A DNA stretch of 64,000 nucleotides from positions 2,464,001-2,528,000 of the forward strand of contig CAVYRF010000002.1 of the NCBI GenBank assembly GCA_963770895.1. The letters are read 5' to 3'. Position numbers and translations under genes: made by a program. How positions within the stretch are numbered: position 1 is the first letter of the stretch; every line of letters starts with the position of its first letter. This document shows, one piece after another, positions 20,110 through 29,421 of the stretch. The notes under the pieces were generated by a model, which worked only from the letters and a program-made list of their open reading frames with translations, ran no database searches and was not told where the DNA came from. The DNA is from an uncultured Acidobacteriota bacterium (GTDB taxonomy: Bacteria > Acidobacteriota > Thermoanaerobaculia > Multivoradales > UBA5704).

Positions 20110-21250
20110 TTAGGAGTCGCGCCAGATTAACCTGACTATCTTTTGCGACGCTTGGGGCGAATGGCGTAGTTCCAATCGCCATGAAAGCTGGCGCGCTTCA
20201 GATTGACGGTCGCGAGTTCTTCGTCTGCGACAGTAACCCCGGTCGGATAGCTACCCCGGTCGAGTTCGGCACGGATCTCCAGTCCTGCCTTGGTCACGGT
20301 GGTAGCGATGAGATTGATGATGACGTCGTGACTGATCAACGGTTTGCCCCGCCAGTTTTCGGTGATGTGGCAGAACATCCGATGCTCGATTTTGTTCCAC
20401 TTGCTGGTGCCCGGCGGGAAGTGGCAGACGTTTATGGTCAGGCCCAGCTGGCTCGCCAAGTCTTGCAGCGCAACCTTCCAGAGCCGGCAGCGGCTGCCGT
20501 TGCTGCCACCACCATCGGCGGTGATCAGCAGCTCACGGGCGTTGGGGTAGCGAGGGGAACCCATCTTGCGCCACCAGCGACGGATCGCTTCGACGGCGAA
20601 CCGGGCTGTGTCGTGGTCCACGCCAACGCTCACCCACCCCTCATTCGAGCTCAGGTCATACACGCCATAGGGAATGGCTTTACCCAACTCGGAGTCCACG
20701 AAGTCGTAGATTTTGACCGACTCTGGATTTCCCTTCGGTCGCCACTCACGTCCGGCATTCTTGAACGCGCCGACCAGTTCCTTTTTCTTCGTGTCCACCG
20801 AGATGACCGGCTGGCCCCGCTTCTGAAACGCCTGGACCGTGCGGCTGATGTGCTCGAACTGGGTGTTGCGGTCCGGATGCGCGGCGCCCTCCAAGGTCTT
20901 GCGGTTGCTCTGCAGGCTGTAGCCTGCCGCATTCAGCAGCCGCCCTACGCTCCGCGGGCTCAAGGCGTGTCCCTGCCCCGTCAACGCTGCCGCCAACTGG
21001 GTCGTGCTCTTGCAAGTCCAGCGCAATGGGGATTCCGGGTCGCCGCGCGTCACGGGATCAACCAAATGCTCCAACGCATCCAGCAGGTCAGGGTCATTCT
21101 CGCTCAGCGCCTTGCGCCCGCCACCAGGTCGGCGAACTCGCAAGTCTACTGGCACATCCGGATGAGACTGCCGGTCCTGCAACTCCGCCAAACCCCGCCG
21201 GATCGTATTCGGCGACATGCCGATAGCCCCGCTCACCGCACGCACTCCAG
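20110..21250 (-). pseudogene. ISAzo13-family transposase, 5'-truncated, with right end near 20110-20132
   Basis: RRPGGGRK, TRGDPESPLRWTCKS, ISVDTKKKELVG, ITADGGGSNG, HFPPGTSKWNKIEHR, FHGDWNY; stop at 20136; native N-terminus and left end absent. Confidence 0.88.
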
Positions 21251-21444
21251 CCGCCCCGACACCGCTGCTCAGAATGTCGGGCAAGTGGCTGGCAAACGCC
21301 GGCTTCACTCCTGGCCGCTTCTTCTTCGCCATCGTCGCGGAGCCCGGCCGCGTGGTCCTGGCCCTGATTCCGAAGCTCAAGGGTATCCGCCAGCGCAAGC
21401 CGCGAGCCGATCGGGGCGACAGCCAGCAGCACCAGGGCGACTAG
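21217..21444 (+). CDS. SymE-like (type I TA toxin family) protein, probably N-terminally truncated or fused
   Basis: PLLRMSGKWLANAGFTPG...VAEPGRVVL matches the SymE core; the first codons lie antisense inside ISAzo13 sequence. Confidence 0.6.
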   Translation: MPIAPLTARTPAAPTPLLRMSGKWLANAGFTPGRFFFAIVAEPGRVVLALIPKLKGIRQRKPRADRGDSQQHQGD

Positions 21445-21468
21445 CGACAGCGCGGAGGCACGAACACC

Positions 21469-21822
21469 ATGCCAAGCCCAAAGCCGCCGCGCTGGAAGCT
21501 GTCCGAGTCGTTCCGCGAGACAACCCTGATTCTGATCGATCGGCCGAAGTACCGGAAGGCGCTTCGCCAGGTGGGCCGCCTCATCTACCACATGGCTGTT
21601 GAGCTGGGCCGGTTCGAGTGCTCCGGCGGGGAGACCACCTCCCATGCCGAGCTGCGGGCCGCCGCCGCCGAGCTGCGTTTCATCGAAGGGTTCCTGGGCT
21701 CTCTTCGCAAGGGTGCCGACGAGTCGCTTCTGGAACCCGCGGACGAGAACCTTGCCATCTTCGCCGGCCACGTGGCGCCGCAGGTGGGCGCCTTGGCGGC
21801 TTCGATCGAAGAGCGTTTGTAG
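21469..21822 (+). CDS. Hypothetical helical protein
   Basis: GGAGG RBS, 117-aa ORF ending just inside the right TIR. Confidence 0.6.
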   Translation: MPSPKPPRWKLSESFRETTLILIDRPKYRKALRQVGRLIYHMAVELGRFECSGGETTSHAELRAAAAELRFIEGFLGSLRKGADESLLEPADENLAIFAGHVAPQVGALAASIEERL

Positions 21823-21909
21823 GCTGCTGGCTGCCGACCCGGCCGGCGAGCACCGGGCCGCCGCCGGGTGATTTTTCAGGCTGCCGGTGTCAACAGAGGC
21901 ATAATCGCC

Positions 21910-22246
21910 CTTGCTTTGGAGGTCGACAGCTCGTAGCCGGGCCTTCGGGTGATGCGGGTACTGGACCGTCTTGCCGGCCAGCGGGGCCTGCCGCAGACCC
22001 TTGTCGTGGATAACGGTCCGGAGTTCGCTGGAAAGGTCCTCGACCTCTGGGCTCACCAGAACAAGGTGCATCTCCATTTCATCCGGCCTGGCCGGCCGAT
22101 CGAGAACGCCTTTGTGGAGAGCTTCAACAGTCGTTTTCGGGACGAGTGCCTCAACCAGCACTGGTTCACCAGCCTCGCCGATGCTCGGACCAAAATTAAG
22201 GCTTGGCGCGACGACTACAACGCTCGACGTCCCCATAGCGCGCTAG
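21910..22246 (+). pseudogene. IS3 OrfB middle part (integrase core) with in-frame TAG at 21934
   Basis: LALEVDSS*PGLRVMRVLDRL, VDNGPEF, PGRPIENAFVESFNSRFRDECLN, YNARRPHSAL. Confidence 0.92.
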
Positions 22247-23719
22247 CAGCCCGTGGTGCAAGTAGTTGTCGAGGGGCCTGGCACCTGCGAGACTTGTCGC
22301 ACTTGCGGAGGTTTGGCGAATGGCGATGGGCAAGAAGAAGGGCCTGCAAGGGGACATGTGGATCGCGACGGGCGACCTGGCCCGCGGTCCTGGCCATCCG
22401 TTCTACGAACGCTTGAACCGGGTGCTGGAACAGCACGGTTTCGACGGTTTCGCGGAGGCGCAGTGCCAGAGCTTCTATGCGGAGCGGATGGGCCGGCCGT
22501 CGCTGCCGCCGGGCACCTACTTCCGCTTGCTTCTGATCGGCTATTTCGAAGGGCTCAACTCGGAACGAGGGATCGCCTGGCGGGTGTCGGATTCGCTGAC
22601 GCTACGAGATTTCTTGGGTTTGCGCCTGTCGGAAGCCCCACCGGATCACTCAACGATTTCGCGCAACCGGCGTCTGCTCGACGTGGAGACGCACCAGGAG
22701 GTCTTTGCCTGGGTCCTGGTGATTTTGGGGCAGGAAGGCCTTTTGCGCGGGCAGACGATTGGGGTCGACGCCACGACTCTGGAAGCCAACGCGGCGATGA
22801 AAAGCATCGTGCGGCGGGACACCGGCGAGGGCTACAAGGAGTTTCTCCAGCGTCTTGCTCAAGAGAGCGGCAAGGCGACGCCGACACGTGCAGAACTGGC
22901 ACGTAAAGACAAGAAACGAAAAGGGAAAGGGTCGAACGACGACTGGACGAACCCGCACGATCCTGACGCCAAGATCACCAAGATGAAAGATGGCCGAACT
23001 CATCTGGCGCACAAAGCGGAGCACGCCGTGGATCTGGAGACCGGAGCGGTCGTCGCGGTGACCATCCAGCCGGCGGATCGAGGTGACACGCAGAGCTACG
23101 AGCAGACCCTGAGCGAAACGCTGGAGAACCTGGCGGCCCTGCCCGATTCCACCCCGTTGTCGACGCAGGCACTGCGGGATGTCGTGGCCGACCGGGGCTA
23201 TCACAGCGGCGCGGTGCTGGTGCGGATGCAGGAGCTCGGCGTGCGCAGCTACATCGCGGAGCCCAAACGGCCGCGCCGGAAGTGGCGGGGTCGGATCGGC
23301 GAACAAAAAGCCACCTACGCCAACCATCGTCGGATGCGCGGGGATCGCGGCAAGAGGCTGGCCCGCTGGCGCTGCGAGAAGGTGGAGCGCAGCATGGCCC
23401 ACAGCTACGAAACCGGCGGTCTGCGGCGCCTTTTTCTGCGCGGTCACGCCAACATCCTCAAGCGCCTCTTGATTCACGAGGCAGGCTTCAACTTGGGCCT
23501 CGTGATGCGCCAGCGAATCGGCCATGGCACCCCGCGCGGCCTTCAGGGACGCCTCCGCCGCTGGCTTTCTCTTGGTTTTGGCCTCCTCGAAGCCCTACGC
23601 CTCGACTCCTGGGCCAGGTCGCTTCAAACCTGGATGTCTCGGATCGATCTCATCACCTACTTTGCCATGGCCCCCCGCGATCTTGCCCACCGTCAGAATC
23701 CGGCTTGCACCACGGGCTG
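22247..23719 (+). mobile_element. IS5/IS1182-like insertion sequence (1,473 bp)
   Basis: 16-bp perfect TIRs CAGCCCGTGGTGCAAG / CTTGCACCACGGGCTG; CTAG duplicated at 22243-22246 and 23720-23723. Confidence 0.9.
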
Positions 23720-23723
23720 CTAG
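22320..23723 (+). CDS. DDE transposase (DUF772-like N-terminus)
   Basis: GRPSLPPG, SERGI, PDHSTISRNR, GVDATTLEANA, DPDAKI, ADRGYHS, EKVERSMAH. Confidence 0.92.
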   Translation: MAMGKKKGLQGDMWIATGDLARGPGHPFYERLNRVLEQHGFDGFAEAQCQSFYAERMGRPSLPPGTYFRLLLIGYFEGLNSERGIAWRVSDSLTLRDFLGLRLSEAPPDHSTISRNRRLLDVETHQEVFAWVLVILGQEGLLRGQTIGVDATTLEANAAMKSIVRRDTGEGYKEFLQRLAQESGKATPTRAELARKDKKRKGKGSNDDWTNPHDPDAKITKMKDGRTHLAHKAEHAVDLETGAVVAVTIQPADRGDTQSYEQTLSETLENLAALPDSTPLSTQALRDVVADRGYHSGAVLVRMQELGVRSYIAEPKRPRRKWRGRIGEQKATYANHRRMRGDRGKRLARWRCEKVERSMAHSYETGGLRRLFLRGHANILKRLLIHEAGFNLGLVMRQRIGHGTPRGLQGRLRRWLSLGFGLLEALRLDSWARSLQTWMSRIDLITYFAMAPRDLAHRQNPACTTGC

Positions 23724-23851
23724 GTGATCGCGCGCCCAGAGTCTTTGCCGTTTTGACCCAAGAGCTGCGAGAGCCTTCGTCTCTCGCAGCTCCCCCCGCC
23801 CCTTTGGCTGGGACGTCTAACCCGCCGCCGAGGACTCACCTTTCCACCTGA
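23720..23851 (+). pseudogene. IS3 OrfB C-terminal remainder
   Basis: Removing the IS restores HSALGDRAPRVFA; stop just before the IRR. Confidence 0.85.
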
Positions 23852-24129
23852 TCAGTCATTGGGGGCACGTCATGTGGTTCGCCGATCGTGTCGACTTCGT
23901 TCCAGGGCGGTGAGACGGGTGAACGCTCGGGGACGGTTGGGTGGCGGGCAATCCCCGTTCGCGCGTCCGCCCCTTACGGGAGAAGCCTGGATCACCTCTG
24001 GGTCGCCCGAAGCAGCGATCTTTCCATGCCTCGAATCCTGCCAGGGGGTGTCTTGCGACCTTAAGGATGTTAGAGTGGGCTATCCGAGGCGGGCTCCTTC
24101 TGGACGGCGCTCCTATAATGGGAGGTGTT

Positions 24130-25353
24130 ATGACAATCACCGAACCCTCTCCCTTTGCTTCCATCGAAGATGCGATGGCGCACTTCCGCGCCGGTGGCAT
24201 GGCCATCATCGTGGACGACGAAGACCGCGAAAACGAAGGCGATCTGGCGATCGCCGCCGAAAAGGTCAGCGCCGACTCGATCAACTTCATGGCCCGCTTC
24301 GGCCGCGGCCTGATCTGTCTTGCCCTGTCCGAAGAGCACTGCCGCCGTCTCGACCTGCCGCTGATGGTTGAGACCAACACCTCGCCGTTCGGCACCGCCT
24401 TCACCGTCTCGATCGAGGCGCGGGGCAAGATCACCACCGGCATCTCGGCGGCCGACCGCGCCGCCACCGTGCTGACCGCGATCGACCCCGCGACCGGTCC
24501 CGACGACCTGCTGCGTCCCGGCCATATCTTCCCGCTGCGGGCGCGCAAGGGCGGCGTGCTCAAGCGCGCCGGCCAGACCGAAGCTTCGGTCGACCTGGCC
24601 TCGCTTGCCGGCCTGCAGTCCGCCGCGGTGATCTGCGAGATCATGAACGACGACGGCACCATGGCGCGGGTGCCGGACCTGATCCGCTACTGCCAGGAGC
24701 ATCCGGGCCTGGTGATGATCACCGTCTCGGACCTCATCCGCTACCGCCTGCGCCATGAAACCCTGGTGCGCAAGCTGGCGGCGCCGCGCCTGCCCACCGC
24801 CTACGGCGACTTCCGCATCCACGCCTACGTCTCGGACGTCACCGGCGATGAGAACGTCGCGCTGGTCATGGGCGACATCGACCCCGAAGAGCCGGTCCTG
24901 GTGCGCGTCCACAGCCAGTGCCTCACCGGCGACATCTTCGGCTCGGCGCGCTGCGACTGCGGCATGCAGCTCCAGACCGCCCTGGACAAGATCGCCCAGG
25001 AGGGCCGCGGCGTCCTGCTCTACCTCCTGCAAGAGGGCCGCGGCATCGGCCTGATGAACAAGCTGCGCGCCTACGAGCTCCAGGAACAGGGCCACGACAC
25101 CGTCGAAGCCAACGAGCGCCTGGGCTTCCGTCCCGACCAGCGCGACTACGGCGTCGGCGCCCAGATCCTGCGCGACCTGGGCGTCCGCAAGATGCGCCTG
25201 ATGACCAACAACCCCAGCAAATACATCGCCCTCAACGGTTACGGCCTGGAAATCGTCGAGCGCCTGCCGCTGGAGATGCCCCCGACCGATTCCAGCCGCG
25301 CCTACCTCCGCACCAAACGCGAAAAGCTGGGCCACCTCCTCAAGCTGGTCTGA
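24130..25353 (+). CDS. ribBA: Bifunctional DHBP synthase / GTP cyclohydrolase II
   Basis: [56 protein letters not shown]. Confidence 0.97.
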   Translation: MTITEPSPFASIEDAMAHFRAGGMAIIVDDEDRENEGDLAIAAEKVSADSINFMARFGRGLICLALSEEHCRRLDLPLMVETNTSPFGTAFTVSIEARGKITTGISAADRAATVLTAIDPATGPDDLLRPGHIFPLRARKGGVLKRAGQTEASVDLASLAGLQSAAVICEIMNDDGTMARVPDLIRYCQEHPGLVMITVSDLIRYRLRHETLVRKLAAPRLPTAYGDFRIHAYVSDVTGDENVALVMGDIDPEEPVLVRVHSQCLTGDIFGSARCDCGMQLQTALDKIAQEGRGVLLYLLQEGRGIGLMNKLRAYELQEQGHDTVEANERLGFRPDQRDYGVGAQILRDLGVRKMRLMTNNPSKYIALNGYGLEIVERLPLEMPPTDSSRAYLRTKREKLGHLLKLV

Positions 25354-25499
25354 TCCCCGTCCGTCCCCCACACGCCGGCGCCAGGCACGGAGCAGTGCCT
25401 GGCCGGCTTGTGGTTTGGCCTGGGCGGGGGCTGGTAGGCTCTGGCGGGGCGGGCCGCTGGCGGCGCGTTCCGGTCTTGGCTGGCGGCGGGGCTCCCAGG

Positions 25500-26702
25500 G
25501 TGCGGATTCTCCTCATCACTTCACGGTATCCCTGGCCGCCGCGCCGGGGCGATCAGCTGCGGACGTGCCAGATGCTGGGGCTGCTGGCGCCGGCGCATCG
25601 CGTGACGCTGTTGACGCCGCGGCCGGCGCCGGACGCGCCGGCGTCGCCGCCGGGGCTGGACGTGGAGGTGATCACCTACCGGCCAGGCGGCGGCCTGGGC
25701 GTGGTGCGTGCGGCGGCGACCGGCCAGCCGCTGCAAAGCGGCCTCTTCTTTGCGCCCGACCTGCGGCGGCAGCTGCGCCGGCTGGCGCCGCGGTGCGACG
25801 TGGCGGTGCTGCAGCTGGTGCGCCTCGCCGCCCACCTGGACGATCTGGGCGATACGCCGGTGATCGTCGACCTGATCGACGACCTGGCGCTCAACTTCAG
25901 CCGCCGGGCGGCGATCGACCGCCCCTGGCTGCGCCCGGTCTGGCAGCTGGAGGCCGGCCTGCTGCTGCGCGCCGAGCGCCGCCTGGCGCAACGCGCCGCT
26001 GCCGTCCTGCTGGTCTGCGACCGCGATCGTCAACACCTGGCGCGTCACCTGTCCCCCGCTCAAGGTGCCCGCCTGGCCACGGTCGCCTTGGCTGTCGAGG
26101 CTCCGGCCCTTCCGCTGCATGAGGGGGGGCCGCGGGGCGAGCTGCGGCGGCTGGTGTTTACCGGCAACCTGGGCTACTTCGTGAACGCCGACGCCATCCG
26201 CTGGTGGCTGCGGGAGGTGTGGCCGCTGCTGGTGGCTCGCCATCCCGCGGTGCGGCTGGAGGTGGCCGGCGATCGTCCGACGGCGGCGGTGCGCGCGGCG
26301 ATCGCCGTTGCCGGGGGCGCGGCGGCGGGGGTTTCCCTTGTGGAGTCGGCACCCGACCTGGGAAGGGTGCTGGCCGGCGCGGCTGCCGCGCTGGCGCCGA
26401 TGCGCTGCGGGTCGGGGGTGCCGATCAAGGTGCTGGAGGCGTGGGCGGCCGGGGTGCCGGTGGTGGCGTCGCCCTGGGCCGCCGCCGGCACGACCGCGGT
26501 GCCCGGCCAGGATCTGGAGGTCGCGGACACGCCTGGGCAGTGGGTGGAGATCCTGTCCCGCCTGCTGAACGACCCGGCCGCCGGCCGGCGGCTGACGGAC
26601 CACGGCAGGCGCCGCCTTGCCGCCGACTACTCCCGCGCCCGCACCGAGCAGCAGCTGCGCGATGTGATGACACGCCTGCTGGACGGGTCGCCACCCCGCT
26701 GA
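25500..26702 (+). CDS. GT4 glycosyltransferase
   Basis: RILLITSRYPWPPRRGDQLR, FTGNLGYFVNADA, APMRCGSGVPIKVLEAWAAG. Confidence 0.88.
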   Translation: MRILLITSRYPWPPRRGDQLRTCQMLGLLAPAHRVTLLTPRPAPDAPASPPGLDVEVITYRPGGGLGVVRAAATGQPLQSGLFFAPDLRRQLRRLAPRCDVAVLQLVRLAAHLDDLGDTPVIVDLIDDLALNFSRRAAIDRPWLRPVWQLEAGLLLRAERRLAQRAAAVLLVCDRDRQHLARHLSPAQGARLATVALAVEAPALPLHEGGPRGELRRLVFTGNLGYFVNADAIRWWLREVWPLLVARHPAVRLEVAGDRPTAAVRAAIAVAGGAAAGVSLVESAPDLGRVLAGAAAALAPMRCGSGVPIKVLEAWAAGVPVVASPWAAAGTTAVPGQDLEVADTPGQWVEILSRLLNDPAAGRRLTDHGRRRLAADYSRARTEQQLRDVMTRLLDGSPPR

Positions 26703-26793
26703 TCGATCGGATCGGCACTGCCGCCGATTTCGACGCCATCCACTGCGAATTTCACTGTAGAGGCCACGATGGCCAGGGCGCGCGGATCTTTAG

Positions 26794-27255
26794 TTAGCGG
26801 GGTTGCCAGCCGGCTGGGGCCAGCTCGAAGGTGGCGAAGTCGAAGGCGGGGGTGACGTGGCAGCCGGCCAGGGTCCAGGGGCCTTGGGACTGGGCGGTTT
26901 GCCAGGCGCCGGCGGGGACCAGGGCTTGCGGGAGGTCGCCGCGTACGGGGTCGGAACCCAGGGTGAAGGTGTGAGTCGAGCCGCCCTGCGCGACCTGGAG
27001 GACGAGCGGGGCTCCCGCGTGGTGGTACCAGACTTCGTCGGCGTCCAGAAGGCGATGCCAGGCGGAGCGTTCGCCGCGCCGCAGCAGGAACTGGATGGCG
27101 CTCCAAGCGCCCCGTCCGCCGGCGGGAGGCACATCGCGGAAGGTTTCGCGGTACCAGCCCCCTTCGGGGTGGGGCGCGAGGCCCAGGGCGGCGATGATCT
27201 CGTCGGCGGCGGGGCCGCCGCTGCTACCAGCGATCGCGTCCGCCTCCCTGGGCAC
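26794..27255 (-). CDS. DUF985 (Cupin_5) protein
   Basis: LGLAPHPEGGWYRETF, SAWHRL, DEVWYHHAG, GCHVTPAFDFATFEL; start uncertain. Confidence 0.88.
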   Translation of the reverse strand: MPREADAIAGSSGGPAADEIIAALGLAPHPEGGWYRETFRDVPPAGGRGAWSAIQFLLRRGERSAWHRLLDADEVWYHHAGAPLVLQVAQGGSTHTFTLGSDPVRGDLPQALVPAGAWQTAQSQGPWTLAGCHVTPAFDFATFELAPAGWQPR

Positions 27256-27583
27256 GGCCGCCGCCGCCGCCACCGCCCCAGCCGCCACCACCGCCGCCGC
27301 CGCTGCGCGAGCCGCCGCCACCACCACCGCCGCCTTCGGTGCGTGGGCGGGCTTCGTTGACGTTGAGCTTTCTACCCATCAGCTCGCGGCCGTTGAGACC
27401 GGTGATTGCCGCCTCGGCTTCGTGGCGCTCGGGCATCTCGAGGAAGCCGAAGCCCTTGGACGAGCCGGTGACCTTGTCCTTGATGATGGTGCAGCTGGCC
27501 ACCTGGCCGTACTCCTCGAAGGCTTCTTTCAGCTGATCCTCCGTCAAGCGGTACGGCAGGTTTCCCACATACAGGTTCGTCAT
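27224..27583 (-). CDS. RRM RNA-binding protein with Gly-rich tail
   Basis: RNP2 LYVGNL, RNP1 KGFGFLEM, LNVNEARPR, poly-Gly tail. Confidence 0.95.
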   Translation of the reverse strand: MTNLYVGNLPYRLTEDQLKEAFEEYGQVASCTIIKDKVTGSSKGFGFLEMPERHEAEAAITGLNGRELMGRKLNVNEARPRTEGGGGGGGGSRSGGGGGGGWGGGGGGGRAQGGGRDRW

Positions 27584-27855
27584 GGTCTCTCCTTGACAGG
27601 GCTCACCGCGCTGCATGCGGTGCTGTCGTTTCGCACCCCGGGACAGGATGCGAATTTGTAAGTTCCGCCTGCGCGGCGGCGTTTCCAGCTGATTGGTAGA
27701 GGTCTCTGGTCTGTATACGCAAGCCGGAACTCTCTGGTCGGGTCAATAAGCAGGTTTCGTGCCGGTTTTTGGGGGCTGGCCGGCGAGGACCTCATGCTAG
27801 GATGACATTCCCGCATCCGACCGGCGACACAACAACGACGAAAAGGGGCATTTCG

Positions 27856-29343
27856 ATGGCAGGTCAGCAGTCCTCTGGGGGCGTTCTCTTGCGCACGCTC
27901 ATCGCTTTGGTGGTGCTGTTGCTGGGCGGGCTGAGCGCGGCGATCTTCTGGACGGGGCGTCCGCCGCATGTCGAGATTCAACCGGGACTGCCCGGCATCG
28001 GCCGCCGTACGCCGGTGGCGGTCAAGCTTGACGATACCGGTCACGTTGCCAAGCTTTCCGTCGCGGTGGTGCAGGGTATGGACGTCAAGCCGGTGGCGGA
28101 CCGCACCTTTGTCACCCACCCGGCCTGGATGTTCTGGCGCTCCGCGGCGCCGGCGACGATCAGCGTGGACGTCGGCAAGGACACGGTGGCCGGTCTGCGC
28201 GGCGGCGAGGCGACCCTCCGCGTCACTGCCGACCGTGCCGGGTCGCTGCTGCGCCAGCCGGACCCCGTGGTGGCCGAATTGAAGCTGCCGGTGCGTCTGG
28301 CGCCGCCCGCGCTCACCGTGCTGTCGGGCTTCCACTACGTGGCACAGGGGGGCTGCGAAGCGGTGGTCTACCGCGTCGGCGACGGTGCGGTGCGCGACGG
28401 CGTGCAGTCGGGCAGCTGGTGGTTCCCCGGCTACCCGATGCCCGGCGGCGACCCCCACACCCGCTTCGCCCTGTTCGCCGTCCCCTACGACACCGGCGAC
28501 GCCTCGGCCGTGCACCTGGTGGCGGTGGACGACGTGGGCAACCAGGCGCAGGCGTCGTTCGTGGACCAATTCTTCATCAAGCCGCTCAAGCACGACATCA
28601 TCCAGGTGGACGACGCGTTTCTGGGCCGCGCGGTGCCCGAGATCATGCGCGAGACGCCAGACCTGGCCGACCGCGGCGACCTGCTGCAGAACTACCTGCA
28701 GATCAACGGCGACCTGCGGCGCAAGGAAGGCAAGCAGCTGGAGGCCCTGGCGGCGCATTCGGCGGACCACTTCCTGTGGAAGGAGCCCTTTCTGCCGATG
28801 CGCAATGCCAAGATCACCGCCGCGTTCGCGCAGCGCCGCGACTATCAGTACAAGGGGCGTCATATCGATCAGCAGGACCACCTGGGATTCGACATGGCGA
28901 GCGTCGAGCACGACTCGGTGCCGGCGTCCAACAGCGGGGTGGTGCTGCTGGCCCACTATTTTGGCATTTATGGCAACGCAGTGGTCATCGACCACGGTTA
29001 CGGCCTGATGAGCCTGTACGGCCACCTGTCCTCGATCACCGTCCACGAGGGGCAGCAGGTGCAGCGCAGCCAGGAGGTCGGGCGCTCCGGCAAGACGGGC
29101 CTGGCGGGCGGCGACCACCTTCACTTCACCATGTTGCTGCGCGGCCTGCCGGTCAACCCGGTGGAGTGGTGGGACCCGCATTGGATCCAGGACCGCATCA
29201 CCCGCAAGCTCGGCCCCGCCTTCGGCCTGCCGGGCAGCGGCACCACGCCGGCGCCGGCCGCCGCAGCCTCCGCGTCGGCCCCGCCCACCCAATCGCCAGC
29301 CGCCGCCCGCGCCGCGCGCCACCGCCGGCCCGGCCACCGCTAG
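27856..29343 (+). CDS. M23-family metallopeptidase
   Basis: N-terminal TM; HLGFD, YGNAVVIDHG, YGHL, DHLHF. Confidence 0.92.
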   Translation: MAGQQSSGGVLLRTLIALVVLLLGGLSAAIFWTGRPPHVEIQPGLPGIGRRTPVAVKLDDTGHVAKLSVAVVQGMDVKPVADRTFVTHPAWMFWRSAAPATISVDVGKDTVAGLRGGEATLRVTADRAGSLLRQPDPVVAELKLPVRLAPPALTVLSGFHYVAQGGCEAVVYRVGDGAVRDGVQSGSWWFPGYPMPGGDPHTRFALFAVPYDTGDASAVHLVAVDDVGNQAQASFVDQFFIKPLKHDIIQVDDAFLGRAVPEIMRETPDLADRGDLLQNYLQINGDLRRKEGKQLEALAAHSADHFLWKEPFLPMRNAKITAAFAQRRDYQYKGRHIDQQDHLGFDMASVEHDSVPASNSGVVLLAHYFGIYGNAVVIDHGYGLMSLYGHLSSITVHEGQQVQRSQEVGRSGKTGLAGGDHLHFTMLLRGLPVNPVEWWDPHWIQDRITRKLGPAFGLPGSGTTPAPAAAASASAPPTQSPAAARAARHRRPGHR

Positions 29344-29421
29344 GCGGCGGGCGCTGACGCAATGCCGGCGCTCCTGACAGGGGAGTGCCGGGGTCGGCTC
29401 GGACCCCGATTCGGGGTTGGC

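Larger units (their letters stand above)
17189..21909 (+). mobile_element. IS1595-family cargo-carrying transposon (4,721 bp)
   Basis: TIRs GGCGATTATGACTCTGTTGACACC (17189-17212) and GGTGTCAACAGAGGCATAATCGCC (21886-21909), 23/24 match; 8-bp TSD CTTGCTTT at 17181-17188 and 21910-21917. Confidence 0.93.
16403..23872 (+). mobile_element. IS3-family element interrupted by two nested insertions (1,264 bp when reconstituted)
   Basis: IRL TGACGTGCCCCC...GTGAGTCCTC at 16403 and IRR GAGGACTCAC...GGGGGCACGTCA ending 23872; orfA plus orfB in three pieces. Confidence 0.92.

Noticed and set aside
20136-21398. Full-length 420-aa ISAzo13 transposase as given in the ORF track
   Set aside because: The first roughly 50 residues are the antisense of the SymE-like gene, not transposase sequence; the element is truncated.
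23873-24129. Possible FMN riboswitch upstream of ribBA
   Set aside because: Only fragments (AGGGCGG, GGGAGAAG) match; the conserved GTGAAATTCCC, ACCGGCGGT and GCCGAC cores are missing.
27255-27335. GCC trinucleotide run as an independent repeat element
   Set aside because: It encodes the ordinary Gly-rich tail of the RRM protein.
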